Positions 26,741 through 37,134 of a DNA stretch of 64,000 bases are shown here, one piece after another (the stretch's first letter is position 1; the number at the start of each line of letters is the position of its first letter). A program made the position numbers and the translations under genes. Below the pieces are notes generated by a model. The model was not told the origin of the DNA and ran no database searches. It worked only from the letters and a program-made list of their open reading frames with translations. Source of the DNA: a virus; IMG/VR virus record IMGVR_UViG_3300028588_000820. One strand, given 5' to 3'.

Positions 26741-29700
26741 TTACGCTAGATTTTGTCTTAGTGTCGTAGCAGTATAAGTGCTTACGATTTCGATGTCATT
26801 GATCGTCGCGCAGCTCTGTAGGATTTCATCCTCGCCAGATTCGATGACGAACATCGAACCAAACGAGTTGTTCACGAACAGAGGAACCAACACAACCGAA
26901 GCAACATCAAGCGGCAAACGCTGATGGATCAACGAGAACAACTCAGTCGCGTAGAACGTATCACCAAAGTCCCAGTTGTCGACGGTGAAGAACATGTTGA
27001 TGACCTTCACGATTTCCGCCTTGATCTGGTCATCGGTCAACGTCGAAGCTTGCGACTTGATCACACGGAAGCGAGCACGAAGTTGTGGTTCAGCCAAGTC
27101 ACCAAACAACACTTTGACTTTACCGGAGTGCATCACAACAGTGTCAGAAATCATCTTGGTCGATAGCAAGTTACTGTACGAGTTGCGTAGCTCCAGAGGA
27201 GTCGGCGGGACTGGTACGTAGCTATTAGTGCCATTGATGTACGACGAAACGTTGTCAAAGTAACCACGAGTTAGCACGAACATGTCGATGATGTTTGATG
27301 TCGACGGGTCGATCAAATTAGTGTTCGGACTGAAGTGTTGCCACAAGAAGTCCAGGCCACTACGACCGATTTTACGAACATAACCGTCAGCATTACCAAC
27401 AGCGAACTTGTTCTTAATCTCTGGCGTTTCAGCCACAGGAATTTCTGCGCTGTTTGGATCATTCTCAATGTTCGATACGTCAAAGTACACGTAGTCGATG
27501 TTGTCAAAGTTAGCCACCGAAATCTTACCAGCAGTTGCAGTTGGGAACGTCACAGTAATGTTGTTCGCATCCACTTTAGTCATCGTGCCCAGCTCGAGAC
27601 CCATGAAGTCAACCACTGGTTTGTTGGTGCTTAGGTTGTGAGCAATTGTCCATACAGTCGACGGAGTAGTTTGCTGATGGACATGCTTAAAGCCAGTGTT
27701 CACAAATTCAGTGAAGCCCATGCTATCGTCAGGTACACCATCACCGGATTGATAAGTTCCGCTTGCATCGGTCGGTAGAACTTCTAGTGCGTTCACATTC
27801 ACAATACCATTGTCAAAGCGGACAGCGTCAACCACGTCAAAGTTCTTGTTCTTGCCTAGTGCCATTGCTTTGCTCTTGCCCAAGTTCGACTTCAACAGAG
27901 CTACGCGATCGCGCACACGGTTCTTGGTATTTGGATCGATGATGTATGAGTCAGAGTTGTACCAGAACTTGGTGGTGTCTGATTCAATAACGATCTTCAA
28001 ATCGCGGAAGCGAATCTCCCATTCAAGTACGTTGCCAGTCACTGGATCATCATTACGATGGATACGGAAAATCCACGAGCGATCATCGCGCGGTTGGTTC
28101 AAAGTACCTGAGTAAGCCGGATCGAAGTCTGCATCGTCGTTCAGCGATTCGCCATCGATGGTGTACCAGCGACCAGCAAGGTTCACGCCTTCGTATTGGA
28201 CACCGCCAAAGATAAAGCCGCGTTGAGTTGCAACTCCACCTTTCACATCGAAGACGAACGCATCGCCTTGCGCGAAGTCGATAATGCCAGGAATGATCGA
28301 GAACGAGATGCTGTCGTTTTCATAAGGCAAGACCGAATTGACAGTTGCCAAGCCAGTGAGGCCGGATTTCGAACCAGTCACTGAGAAGGTTACCGAGCCA
28401 GTACCATCGTTGGTGAACTCAATGGTCCATGTTTCGTCTGGCGCATCTTCCTTAACATTCATCGAGACCACTAGACCTTTACGTTCAGCATCATCGGCAC
28501 CAACACGATTGAAGCCGACTTCGTTGGTGAAGCCGATACCAAAGGTAGGTTGCTCAGAAGCGACCTGGAGGCCGTTAGGAGGCAACGAAGTGGTTCCGTC
28601 AATGGTTCTAAAGATCGTGTCGTTGTAAATCTTCTGATCGGCGTCGTTTGACACTACAGCGCAAGTCACGCCATTGATCAGCACGTTCTCTTTTGGTTCG
28701 CCATAGAAGTGACGATCAAGCTTACCTTGAATTGCAGTTTTCTCAAACACACCAAGCTTTGAATCTTCGATGAACTTGTAGCGTGGGTTGGTAACAACGT
28801 CACGTAGCTGGCTATGCTGCGAAGTCATGTACGTGAGGATGTTCAAGATGTTTGAGGTCTTGAGCATTGGCTCGATCGCAGAGTCAATCAACGCACGTGA
28901 GGACAGAGTCGAGATGTTCGAGTTCTGTTTCATGTCGTAGTAGATGCGAAGGTCATCACCGAAAATCTTGACGTTCTGGTAGTTGCCAGACGCGTCGTTC
29001 CAGTCGATATACTTTGGCTGTCCGGCGAAGGTACGGTTAACGGCTTTGAGCTTTAGGATCGATGGATCGCGTAGCAGCAAAGTGTTATAGTCTTGACCAT
29101 TGACCATACGACCTTGTGAGTAGTAGGTTGATGGCGCGGTGCGACGAATGTGCTCGATGTCTTCGCTCGCCGCTGAGTTCTGTAGGGTGCTGACGAGTGA
29201 GAAAGTCAAGCTCGCAGATTCAGCCACGTCGAAGGTCGAGTTATAGGTGAAGCCCATTGGCATGTTCACCACGCGATTCTTTTGAATCACGATGTTCGAG
29301 TTCAGGGACTGACGAACCCACACGTTGAAGTTGCCAACCGGAATAGATGCGAAGTTGCCGTCGCCAAATAGTAGGCGAATGCGGTCGTTCTCCAACGTTT
29401 CGACTTCGAACTTGTTGCGGTTCTTGTCCACGTTGAAGTAGATGTTCTGTGCATTGATTGCAGACACTTGCTCCCAACGTTCAAGTGTATTGCCTGAGGT
29501 ATCGACCTTATTGATCCATACGTCGACGTTGTTGATGTTCTGGAGGTTGATGTCAACCACTTGGTTCGGGATCGGAGTCTCGAATGAAAGCGGTAGATTC
29601 GACAATGTACCTTGCTTCGTGTACATCAAGAAGCCGGTCATGTCTGAGCCGTCGCCTAGACCGTCGTTTGAGTAAACGACTTGCATAGTCGAGTTAGCAT

Positions 29701-30376
29701 CAGGTGCCTTCTCAAACACGCCATCTGCATCTAGGTCAGATGGAACGATTTCCATTGGGACAGTCTCAGTGTTGGTGCTGACTTGATAGCCATGCACACC
29801 ACGAGTGAAGCTGCCGCGAGAGTTGTTGAATGAGTATAGTTGGAAAGCGATGTCGCCAACTTGGAATGACTTGATTGGCTGCCCGAATGGCTTGGTCATG
29901 AGACGATTCATGATCAAGAAGAATTGCTCTTTCCAAAGGGCGTTGTTGCTGTCGTTCCAGACGATGGTACGATTGCTGATGTCATTACCTTGTGAGTCAA
30001 TGATCGACTCAGAAGTCGAGATTGAAGTTAGCTTCACAAGGCCGCGAGCTGGCAGGTTACGTGACGAATTGTACGAGATAAGCTTCGCCAACTTCAGAAT
30101 GTTCTGCTTACGTTCAGCAGTCGAAATGAAGTTTTCATGGCTCGCCATATCGATACGGTACGCCAATTGTTCTGCTACAACCGCGAAAGCGTCAATGACT
30201 GCGATCAGTTCTGAGGTTTCAATGTAGTCATTGAACTGTTCAGCATAGTACAACTTCATGTACTGGATTAGAGATTCCTTGACGGACTCGTAATCAAAGG
30301 ACACGAAGTTGATCTTGTCGAAAGCTTGGTAAACTCTGTCCCAAGTTTCGGCTGCATAAAGTGATGTTACGGCCAT
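26741..30376 (-). CDS. gp6: Baseplate wedge subunit (T4 gp6-like)
   Basis: N-terminal 'FDYESVKESL...FNDYIETSE...ENFISTAERK'; 'EDIEHIR..AP..YYSQGRMVN.QDY'. Confidence 0.85.
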   Translation of the reverse strand: MAVTSLYAAETWDRVYQAFDKINFVSFDYESVKESLIQYMKLYYAEQFNDYIETSELIAVIDAFAVVAEQLAYRIDMASHENFISTAERKQNILKLAKLISYNSSRNLPARGLVKLTSISTSESIIDSQGNDISNRTIVWNDSNNALWKEQFFLIMNRLMTKPFGQPIKSFQVGDIAFQLYSFNNSRGSFTRGVHGYQVSTNTETVPMEIVPSDLDADGVFEKAPDANSTMQVVYSNDGLGDGSDMTGFLMYTKQGTLSNLPLSFETPIPNQVVDINLQNINNVDVWINKVDTSGNTLERWEQVSAINAQNIYFNVDKNRNKFEVETLENDRIRLLFGDGNFASIPVGNFNVWVRQSLNSNIVIQKNRVVNMPMGFTYNSTFDVAESASLTFSLVSTLQNSAASEDIEHIRRTAPSTYYSQGRMVNGQDYNTLLLRDPSILKLKAVNRTFAGQPKYIDWNDASGNYQNVKIFGDDLRIYYDMKQNSNISTLSSRALIDSAIEPMLKTSNILNILTYMTSQHSQLRDVVTNPRYKFIEDSKLGVFEKTAIQGKLDRHFYGEPKENVLINGVTCAVVSNDADQKIYNDTIFRTIDGTTSLPPNGLQVASEQPTFGIGFTNEVGFNRVGADDAERKGLVVSMNVKEDAPDETWTIEFTNDGTGSVTFSVTGSKSGLTGLATVNSVLPYENDSISFSIIPGIIDFAQGDAFVFDVKGGVATQRGFIFGGVQYEGVNLAGRWYTIDGESLNDDADFDPAYSGTLNQPRDDRSWIFRIHRNDDPVTGNVLEWEIRFRDLKIVIESDTTKFWYNSDSYIIDPNTKNRVRDRVALLKSNLGKSKAMALGKNKNFDVVDAVRFDNGIVNVNALEVLPTDASGTYQSGDGVPDDSMGFTEFVNTGFKHVHQQTTPSTVWTIAHNLSTNKPVVDFMGLELGTMTKVDANNITVTFPTATAGKISVANFDNIDYVYFDVSNIENDPNSAEIPVAETPEIKNKFAVGNADGYVRKIGRSGLDFLWQHFSPNTNLIDPSTSNIIDMFVLTRGYFDNVSSYINGTNSYVPVPPTPLELRNSYSNLLSTKMISDTVVMHSGKVKVLFGDLAEPQLRARFRVIKSQASTLTDDQIKAEIVKVINMFFTVDNWDFGDTFYATELFSLIHQRLPLDVASVVLVPLFVNNSFGSMFVIESGEDEILQSCATINDIEIVSTYTATTLRQNLA

Positions 30377-30416
30377 GAATTTTTCCTATGATCTATGTGG
30401 AATAATCTGGTATTTA

Positions 30417-30797
30417 TTAGTTTGAGTAAACCTCGATTTTGAGGTCTCCTGTGACCTTCAACTCGATGTATAGCAACGTTGCTACCGCGACAATCGCATT
30501 GTTATCCGGAAGCGACATGACATCAAGATTCATCAACTTGACTCGTGGATCATAGTTGAACACTTTGCGTAGGTCCTCTTCGATGATTCCTCTAACTTGC
30601 GCATCGTTTGGTTCGAAGACCAGTGAAGGAATTCTTGTACCAAACGATGGCATGTGTGGACGTTCAAAGTACTCAGTGAAGATGTGATTCAACAAGTCTT
30701 CATTCACCAAGTCCTTATTGGTCAAGGTGTATGAGCCGCCAGGCTTGCTGGCGTTGCGTGACGAGAAGCCTTTGTAAAAGATTTTCTGTGATGCCAT
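30417..30797 (-). CDS. gp25: Baseplate wedge/sheath initiator (T4 gp25-like)
   Basis: 'DLLNHIFT...ER.HMPSFGT.I..LVFEP...YDPRV'. Confidence 0.85.
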   Translation of the reverse strand: MASQKIFYKGFSSRNASKPGGSYTLTNKDLVNEDLLNHIFTEYFERPHMPSFGTRIPSLVFEPNDAQVRGIIEEDLRKVFNYDPRVKLMNLDVMSLPDNNAIVAVATLLYIELKVTGDLKIEVYSN

Positions 30798-32059
30798 TAT
30801 GGTCTCCAATGTTTGTTGCGTTCCTGATCGCTCTTAGGGCGTCCCCATGGCTCGTGTTCAGGAACAATGCCAGGTTCTAGGGCTTGTGGCGCCTTCGCCG
30901 CTTTAGGGGCTTCAGGAGCTGCCGGGCCGTTGAGGTGGACCTTTGCACCTGATGCTAATAGATTTCCACCGGCCTTTAAGCCAAGTACAGCTGAAGTCGA
31001 GATTGTTGCCGCGCCGCCAGCATTCACGTTGAACTTTGCGCCAGAGGTGATGTTCGCATCTGAGGCAGCGTTTGCTTCAAAGTGGTCACCGCAAGTAATC
31101 AATGTGCTGCAACCAGAATTCACATTGATGTTTGCTCCGGCAGTTTGGCTGATGTCTGCTCCGGCCTTCATGTTGATCGACCCAACAGCGTTCATGTTGA
31201 TGTTGCCGAGGGCGGTGACATTGAAGTCCTCATCCGTAGTAAACGAAATTGACTTCTGACCATAGAAGTGAATATGGCCATCAGTGTCCATCTCAAACCA
31301 TGTCTTGCCTTTGTTGGTTGAAATGTAGATACGCTCGTTCGTGTCGTCCATGATGATCTGGTGACCAGTGGTCGTCTTGATTCGAACGCGGCAGAAGTCT
31401 GGCTGATCTTGCATAGAAATGTAGTGACGGCCAGGCGTGACGATACAGTAACCTTGTGGGTCTAGAGCTTTGTCATCTGTTTTATTAGGATTCTTAGCGT
31501 AGCCGTCGGAACCATCCTTGTCCGTAAGAGCTTGAGCAATCTGACGTTCATATCCGCCTCTCGTAAAGTAGTGTTTGTCATTTAAGCCAGCCTCTTCGAG
31601 GTTGCGTTTTGCTGGCTGCATATCTTCGTATGAGTCCGAATAAGGACCGGGCGGGAATGGCTTCGACTTAGTGATGTCATAGCCACGACCACCTGGCATT
31701 CCTCGGTTGGACATTGCCGGGAACAAGCAATGGGTCCACACACGGAAGTTCGTGTTACCGTTGATGAACTGAACAAGGACGGTGGCACCTTGCTTTGGGA
31801 CTGCCCACATGCCATACGCGGACGGACCATAGATCGTATCTTCTTCAGGACCAACCTTCATATTCTTGATGGTACCACCAAACGGTGATGCGTACAAGGT
31901 CCATGGAAGATCGTCGATCGTGTGGTCTTCGTTGTCGATTGATGGGCAGTAAACTTTCAAACGACCTTGTTGTGCTGGATCGTTTGTGTCTTCAACAATA
32001 CCGATCGTGGTAAAGTTGATGTTCTGTAAGCCTTTAAGTGAATCTGGATTGTCAAACAT
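30797..32059 (-). CDS. gp5: Central spike protein (gp5/VgrG-like, no lysozyme domain)
   Basis: OB-fold 'GIVEDTNDPAQQGRLKV', 'GHQIIMDD' and C-terminal beta-helix repeats. Confidence 0.8.
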   Translation of the reverse strand: MFDNPDSLKGLQNINFTTIGIVEDTNDPAQQGRLKVYCPSIDNEDHTIDDLPWTLYASPFGGTIKNMKVGPEEDTIYGPSAYGMWAVPKQGATVLVQFINGNTNFRVWTHCLFPAMSNRGMPGGRGYDITKSKPFPPGPYSDSYEDMQPAKRNLEEAGLNDKHYFTRGGYERQIAQALTDKDGSDGYAKNPNKTDDKALDPQGYCIVTPGRHYISMQDQPDFCRVRIKTTTGHQIIMDDTNERIYISTNKGKTWFEMDTDGHIHFYGQKSISFTTDEDFNVTALGNINMNAVGSINMKAGADISQTAGANINVNSGCSTLITCGDHFEANAASDANITSGAKFNVNAGGAATISTSAVLGLKAGGNLLASGAKVHLNGPAAPEAPKAAKAPQALEPGIVPEHEPWGRPKSDQERNKHWRP

Positions 32060-33987
32060 TAGGTCTGTCCTGGTAGTTCATACGGTAGTAGGTAAAGCTC
32101 TTGAACAAATTGTCCGTTTTGAAATGTGTTCTTAATCTTGGTGACGCGGTATCTGCCTTGGTACCAGAATGGGTCGTAGCTCGTTACGTTGCCATAATCA
32201 TCAAAAACTGGAGTCTTGATATTTACCTTTACGAATTGTGGCAAGTATGTCGATGCTTCGCCCATCACCGAAATCGATTTGGCAGAATCATGTGAACCAT
32301 TGCCCTTTGCTCTTTTTTCAGCGTCAGCTTCCAGTTCACGAATCTTGCGCTCATAGTCCGTTTCATTATGCGGGAACAATGGGCGAACGACTTGGTTCAT
32401 AAACACCGGATTGCCACGAACAACAATATGCATATTCATCGTCGTCTTTGCTGCAAGCAGCGCCAGCATATTGATGTACTTGGTGCGGAGCTGTGCTGAG
32501 TCTGCTGAGGCGTAGATGTAGCCTTGCTGTGCATCAGCTGGCGCATCGGACAAATAGATCGCATCGTGCTTACGAATGATCGTGGTTGTCTCCACCTTCT
32601 TATCATCTGGCTTCGCGTTCGTATCTTGCGCTGCTGTCTGAACCGATTTGTCGGTAGCGGTCATGCTTCCAGTAGCTTCCTGTACGCCAGTTTGATTGCC
32701 AATCAAGATTGTATTCGTATGATTTGCTTTCAAATCCATTTGAAGGATGTCTGAATTCTTGCCGGTGAAAATGTAGTCATACGTGATGCCGTACTGGTCA
32801 AACTCAAGATCATTCTGTGCCTTGATTTCCTGTTCAGTCTTCTTCTCAACGATCGCTTTTTCTTTATCGCTCTTGAGCTTTGGCAAGTAGTAATTCACGA
32901 TGTCAAAGTGAACAGTAACAAGGTCTTTATCGCTTGTCAAACCGGCCACTACTTGGTGAAGTTTAGCGAGATGCTGCTCTTCAGCTTTCAACTTTTGATT
33001 GCCAACCAATGCGGCATGAATCTCATCGCAATGCTTGAAAATCTCAGATAGGATTTGAGTCACAGTGGTCTTGACCGAGGTATTCATTGAAGTCTTGAAA
33101 CGATCAGACTCGATGCCTGGCTGATTAGTTTGCGTTTCGTTCTTCTTAGCGTTCGGGTCAGTATTTGTTGCTTGGCCTTCCTTAACGAAAAGACGTTCTA
33201 TGTAATTGTCCTTGCTAGTTGACTTGACCTTGTAGTTCTCCCAGTCCTTAGGGATGGTGAACTTATACTTGACGCGGCGACCTTTGCCAAATGCCTTCTG
33301 AACAGCCTTCCACTGTTCTTCCAACTGCGCGTTGAGTTTCTTTTCCAAGTCAGCGATGAGGTCCTTTAGGAGGATACTATTCTCGCTCGTGACTAGGTTT
33401 AGGTTGCGGTTGACGTAATGGGTGCGGTCATTCTTGAGTGGGGCCCCGTTTGAGAGACCATAGAACTTGAGTGTGTGGACGCCACCAGAATAGTCGAAGC
33501 TTGAATCCATTTTGCCGAGGATTAAGGTGATAGGAGTGGTTGGGTAAACGGTGGTGTTGCCATTCGCTTCATGACCAACGAAGAAGGTTTTGAGCATGAA
33601 GCATACCGAGTCATAGCTAGTCTCGAGGTAGCGATCGCTGACGTCTAGAAGGAAGTTGATGAATGTTGCTCCACCGGTTTCACGGACAATCATGTCCATT
33701 TCAGTGGCGGTGGTAAACTTAGAGCCCACTTCGGAAACGTCTACATAGACGGCAGAATAGCTTAGTGAGTCGATGAAAAATTTAGAGTCAACAACGGAAT
33801 TGAGGACCATCACGACTGATCCTTCTCCGCCCTCAACCGATTCGCCATGCTTTAGGCGAGACAAGCTTTCCAAACTGATTTCTTTTGTTTCAATCTGACG
33901 CAGAACTTCGGTGTTGTTTGCGGCAACTAGGAAGTGCTGGTAGCTGTATGATTGGTAGTGGTCTAGGGGATTTATAGGATATGACAT
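32059..33987 (-). CDS. Baseplate hub protein (gp27-like)
   Basis: 'NPLDHYQSYSY', 'YDYIFTGKNSDI' and 'GRYRVTKIKNTFQNGQFVQEL'; sits before the spike gene. Confidence 0.65.
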   Translation of the reverse strand: MSYPINPLDHYQSYSYQHFLVAANNTEVLRQIETKEISLESLSRLKHGESVEGGEGSVVMVLNSVVDSKFFIDSLSYSAVYVDVSEVGSKFTTATEMDMIVRETGGATFINFLLDVSDRYLETSYDSVCFMLKTFFVGHEANGNTTVYPTTPITLILGKMDSSFDYSGGVHTLKFYGLSNGAPLKNDRTHYVNRNLNLVTSENSILLKDLIADLEKKLNAQLEEQWKAVQKAFGKGRRVKYKFTIPKDWENYKVKSTSKDNYIERLFVKEGQATNTDPNAKKNETQTNQPGIESDRFKTSMNTSVKTTVTQILSEIFKHCDEIHAALVGNQKLKAEEQHLAKLHQVVAGLTSDKDLVTVHFDIVNYYLPKLKSDKEKAIVEKKTEQEIKAQNDLEFDQYGITYDYIFTGKNSDILQMDLKANHTNTILIGNQTGVQEATGSMTATDKSVQTAAQDTNAKPDDKKVETTTIIRKHDAIYLSDAPADAQQGYIYASADSAQLRTKYINMLALLAAKTTMNMHIVVRGNPVFMNQVVRPLFPHNETDYERKIRELEADAEKRAKGNGSHDSAKSISVMGEASTYLPQFVKVNIKTPVFDDYGNVTSYDPFWYQGRYRVTKIKNTFQNGQFVQELYLLPYELPGQT

Positions 33988-34045
33988 ATGCTATTGTTCG
34001 ATGTGTGAAAATATTTATCAAACAACAGCATATGTAAAAATTGAC

Positions 34046-34420
34046 TTACTTGACGATAGGACCAATGATCGTTGGCTGAATTCTGGTAGATGGTACGCCA
34101 CCAGATTTGCCAGATAGAAGATCACGTTGCAGACGATCTTTTGTCGGCATGCGAAGCTCCACGCCAGCAACAAACTCGTCGTTGATATCGAGGATGTTGT
34201 TGTACTGGAGGATCAACCACCAAACGCTCGAATCGCCGTAGAAGATTGATGCGAGTTTGTCTGGGCGACCTTCATATGTTCTCTCCAATGTGTAGTACAC
34301 GTCGGAGTTGTCATATGGGAACTTTTTGCGATCCCACCATTGAAGGAACTTACCATCCACTTCGGTTGAACCACCGTGCGTGTAACGCGAGTTCTTAGTG
34401 TATGTACTATTTGTTGACAT
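34046..34420 (-). CDS. gp53: LysM-containing baseplate wedge protein (gp53-like)
   Basis: 'RPDKLASIFYGDSSVWWLILQYN'. Confidence 0.8.
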   Translation of the reverse strand: MSTNSTYTKNSRYTHGGSTEVDGKFLQWWDRKKFPYDNSDVYYTLERTYEGRPDKLASIFYGDSSVWWLILQYNNILDINDEFVAGVELRMPTKDRLQRDLLSGKSGGVPSTRIQPTIIGPIVK

Positions 34421-34429
34421 TGTTATTCC

Positions 34430-35602
34430 TTAAAAGTATCCATCTGGGTAGCCTTCAGCGATGGCACGCATTTCAGCTTCAGCATCCGATGCCATGTCAG
34501 CATCCGGAAGGACGACTTGGCCTGGCACAGAAGCGAATGAATATGCATTTGCCATGTTGCCAGTACGGTATGCCGTAATGTCGAAGTTCGTATATTCTTC
34601 TGGCGAATATGACTCAATCAGTGACAGTGAAATATCCATGATGGTTGGGAATGGAATGCCATCCTCAGTCGGGATGAAGTCCACTATATCCGGATACACC
34701 CAGTGGTAGCTTGTCAGTACAACAGGCAACGCTGAAATGTTTTTGTCACCATACACATCAAAGACAAGAATGTCCGGTGGCGCGCCAAGACGATTTGACT
34801 CTGAACTGTTTGCGGTACCTTGACCGTAGTATGGCATGACCCATGAACGGATCGCATTGATGTACTTCACATTCATGGACGCTTCTGCGGCCGTACGGGC
34901 AATCAATTTAACGGTGATGTTGAATTGTCTAGCCTCAGTGTTCTTGTACACCTGAATCGTTCCTGGATGGTGTACAGGCGTGATGTGTTCATAGTTCGCT
35001 GAACGAGATTCGTCGATGGATGGAGTCACATCGAATACGATCGTAAAGCCTGTTTGCTTAGAGCGAAGCTTCATTTTGAAGTCTTCAGTCGTATGGCCAG
35101 CTTTGATCAAGCGATTGCCACCAACTTCTGGCGTAACAGTATTGGCAACACCGGAGCCACCAACGTCTCGCGCAACTTCGGATGCGGTCTGTTGCGCAGA
35201 TGCGATCCCACTTGCTGCCGCACCTGGCAAGGCACCATCAGCAAATAGACCATCAGATTGGACCGTGAGAATCTTGGCTCCCGCAACGCCAGGAACATCC
35301 TTAATGTTCTTGAGAGTTTCAGCTGCGTTCAGCGTTTGACTTTTAGCTGCGTTTGAAGCTGCTTCTTCGGCCGCATCGGCTGCTGGCTGAAGTACTTCTT
35401 CAACTTCAATCTCTTTCTTTTCGTACGCAGTAAGCTCGGCCTGAACTCGTGGCTTCATGGCGACGGCCGCAGCTGCTGCGCTTTCGTTCCATTTGCCTTG
35501 TTCTTTTAGGAACTTGTATTCAGCCATCGAGGTGCCAGCTTGAGTTTTTAATCTCTCAAGCTCAGCTTTTCCAGCCGCAAGGTTTTCTTGAGGGGTACCC
35601 AT
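34430..35602 (-). CDS. Tail tube initiator / baseplate-tube junction protein (gp48/gp54-like)
   Basis: C-terminal tube-like domain 'TPSIDESRSANY...GAPPDIL...LPVVLTSY...P..DFI'. Confidence 0.6.
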   Translation of the reverse strand: MGTPQENLAAGKAELERLKTQAGTSMAEYKFLKEQGKWNESAAAAAVAMKPRVQAELTAYEKKEIEVEEVLQPAADAAEEAASNAAKSQTLNAAETLKNIKDVPGVAGAKILTVQSDGLFADGALPGAAASGIASAQQTASEVARDVGGSGVANTVTPEVGGNRLIKAGHTTEDFKMKLRSKQTGFTIVFDVTPSIDESRSANYEHITPVHHPGTIQVYKNTEARQFNITVKLIARTAAEASMNVKYINAIRSWVMPYYGQGTANSSESNRLGAPPDILVFDVYGDKNISALPVVLTSYHWVYPDIVDFIPTEDGIPFPTIMDISLSLIESYSPEEYTNFDITAYRTGNMANAYSFASVPGQVVLPDADMASDAEAEMRAIAEGYPDGYF

Positions 35603-36258
35603 TATTCTTCCTTCTCTTCCTTCTTAGTGAGTGCGTCCTTCAGTTCAGCGTACATCTTCTTGGCAACTTTTTCTGACGTTACAGCAACCATGTCTCTGAA
35701 GTCGTCGTAACGGTCGGCTAGGACCGCAGCGCGAACGGTGGAGCCACTAATGCCAGCAACACCATCAGAGTGTTGATTGCGTTCCAAAACGATTGCTTTG
35801 TGTTCGATTGGTTCGTCGTTCTCGTCTTTGAAGTATTTGTCTAGAAGATTTTTGTAGCCTTCAGCACGATTTTCTTCTTTCTCACCTTCAACGAACTTGC
35901 CACCGACAACCGCCATTGGCTCGTAGCCGAGTTCGCGACACTTGATAAATGCGTCAAATGCGCTGCCAACAACCGCGAAGCGTAGGCCTTTGCTGTATGA
36001 TGAGTGTTCGAGGTAGTACTGACGTGATTCACCGGATAGCGGGTTGCGCTTTTTATCCTTGCTCGATTCTTTACCAGCAACGATGAAAACGATGACAGCG
36101 TCATACTTACCATCGCGCCACGCCTTCTTGGCCGCATTGATTAGTGTTGCGTGGCCGAGTGTAGGTGGTTGGAAACGACCAACTACGATAACAGCGGTCT
36201 TATTTTGTTTGGGAGGAATTTCTTTACCTCGTTTTTCTAGGATGATCTTGACTGGCAT
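35602..36258 (-). CDS. HIGH-motif nucleotidyltransferase (cytidylyltransferase-like)
   Basis: 'VGRFQPPTLGH', 'NPLS' and 'ISGSTVR'. Confidence 0.8.
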   Translation of the reverse strand: MPVKIILEKRGKEIPPKQNKTAVIVVGRFQPPTLGHATLINAAKKAWRDGKYDAVIVFIVAGKESSKDKKRNPLSGESRQYYLEHSSYSKGLRFAVVGSAFDAFIKCRELGYEPMAVVGGKFVEGEKEENRAEGYKNLLDKYFKDENDEPIEHKAIVLERNQHSDGVAGISGSTVRAAVLADRYDDFRDMVAVTSEKVAKKMYAELKDALTKKEEKEE

Positions 36259-36274
36259 GTGAGATTCTCAGGGC

Positions 36275-36291
36275 TATAAATATTATTTATT
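36275..36291. promoter_or_regulatory. Adjacent, oppositely oriented late promoters
   Basis: TATAAATA (+, 36275-36282) and AATAAATA (-, 36284-36291). Confidence 0.6.
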
Positions 36292-36407
36292 GATTTTTCT
36301 AATTGCAATTTTTGTACCTGTCGTCGCAGTTTTACAGCTGCAAGGACGACTGCTTCGTTGCACCTTGAAGTATAATCTCTAACATAATAAGAGGATTAAA
36401 TCCCATC

Positions 36408-37109
36408 ATGTCTAAAGAAGCATTCACTCCAATCACTACTATCCCAGCAGAGTTCGATGTAACTCCTGCACCACGCTCAACCGGTAAATCAGGCCCAGTC
36501 ACTTTTCCGGACATCACTTCTCCTGAACAACTCTTTGGCGAAGCGGAAGTTCCCGCATTCATCATGCCTAAGAAACGTGTTCCGAAATATTATTTAACGA
36601 ACGCTGACCTGCTCCCTGCCGTCCTTGAAGCAAAAGAGCGTGGTAAAATGACCGACAAATTAGCACGCATGCTAATGTTGCTTACCGATCGTTATTCGCG
36701 TAAAGCAAATTTCAACGGTTACTCCTTCCGCGAGGACATGGTATCAGCTGCGCTGGTTAACCTAGTCCAAAACGCTCTCAAGTTCAATCCAGAAAAATCA
36801 TCGAACCCGTTCGCGTTCTACACTACTTCAATTAAGAATTCTTTCTTGCAGTACATGTTGGACGAGAAGAAGGAACGCTTCATTCGCGATACATTGCTAA
36901 CTGAAGCTGGCCAAGATGCTTCGTACTCGTTCATGGAATCCAATCGTAATTCGGATGACATCAACTACTCTTCAGCTGGCGATTCTGGTCGTGTACCAGA
37001 ATCAAATCCATACAAAAAGAAAGTGGATGAAGCCAAGCTAAAGAAATCGAAGCGTCAAGAGCAAAAAGAAAAGAAAGAGAAGATCGTTAATTCGCTTCTA
37101 ACTTTCTAA
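36408..37109 (+). CDS. gp55: Late-transcription sigma factor (T4 gp55-like)
   Basis: 'YYLTNADL', 'NFNGYSFREDMV' and 'FNPEKSSNPFAFYT...FLQ...EKK'; precedes genes 47/46 as in T4. Confidence 0.9.
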   Translation: MSKEAFTPITTIPAEFDVTPAPRSTGKSGPVTFPDITSPEQLFGEAEVPAFIMPKKRVPKYYLTNADLLPAVLEAKERGKMTDKLARMLMLLTDRYSRKANFNGYSFREDMVSAALVNLVQNALKFNPEKSSNPFAFYTTSIKNSFLQYMLDEKKERFIRDTLLTEAGQDASYSFMESNRNSDDINYSSAGDSGRVPESNPYKKKVDEAKLKKSKRQEQKEKKEKIVNSLLTF

Positions 37110-37134
37110 AACACAACTTAGGTAACGCACAATA

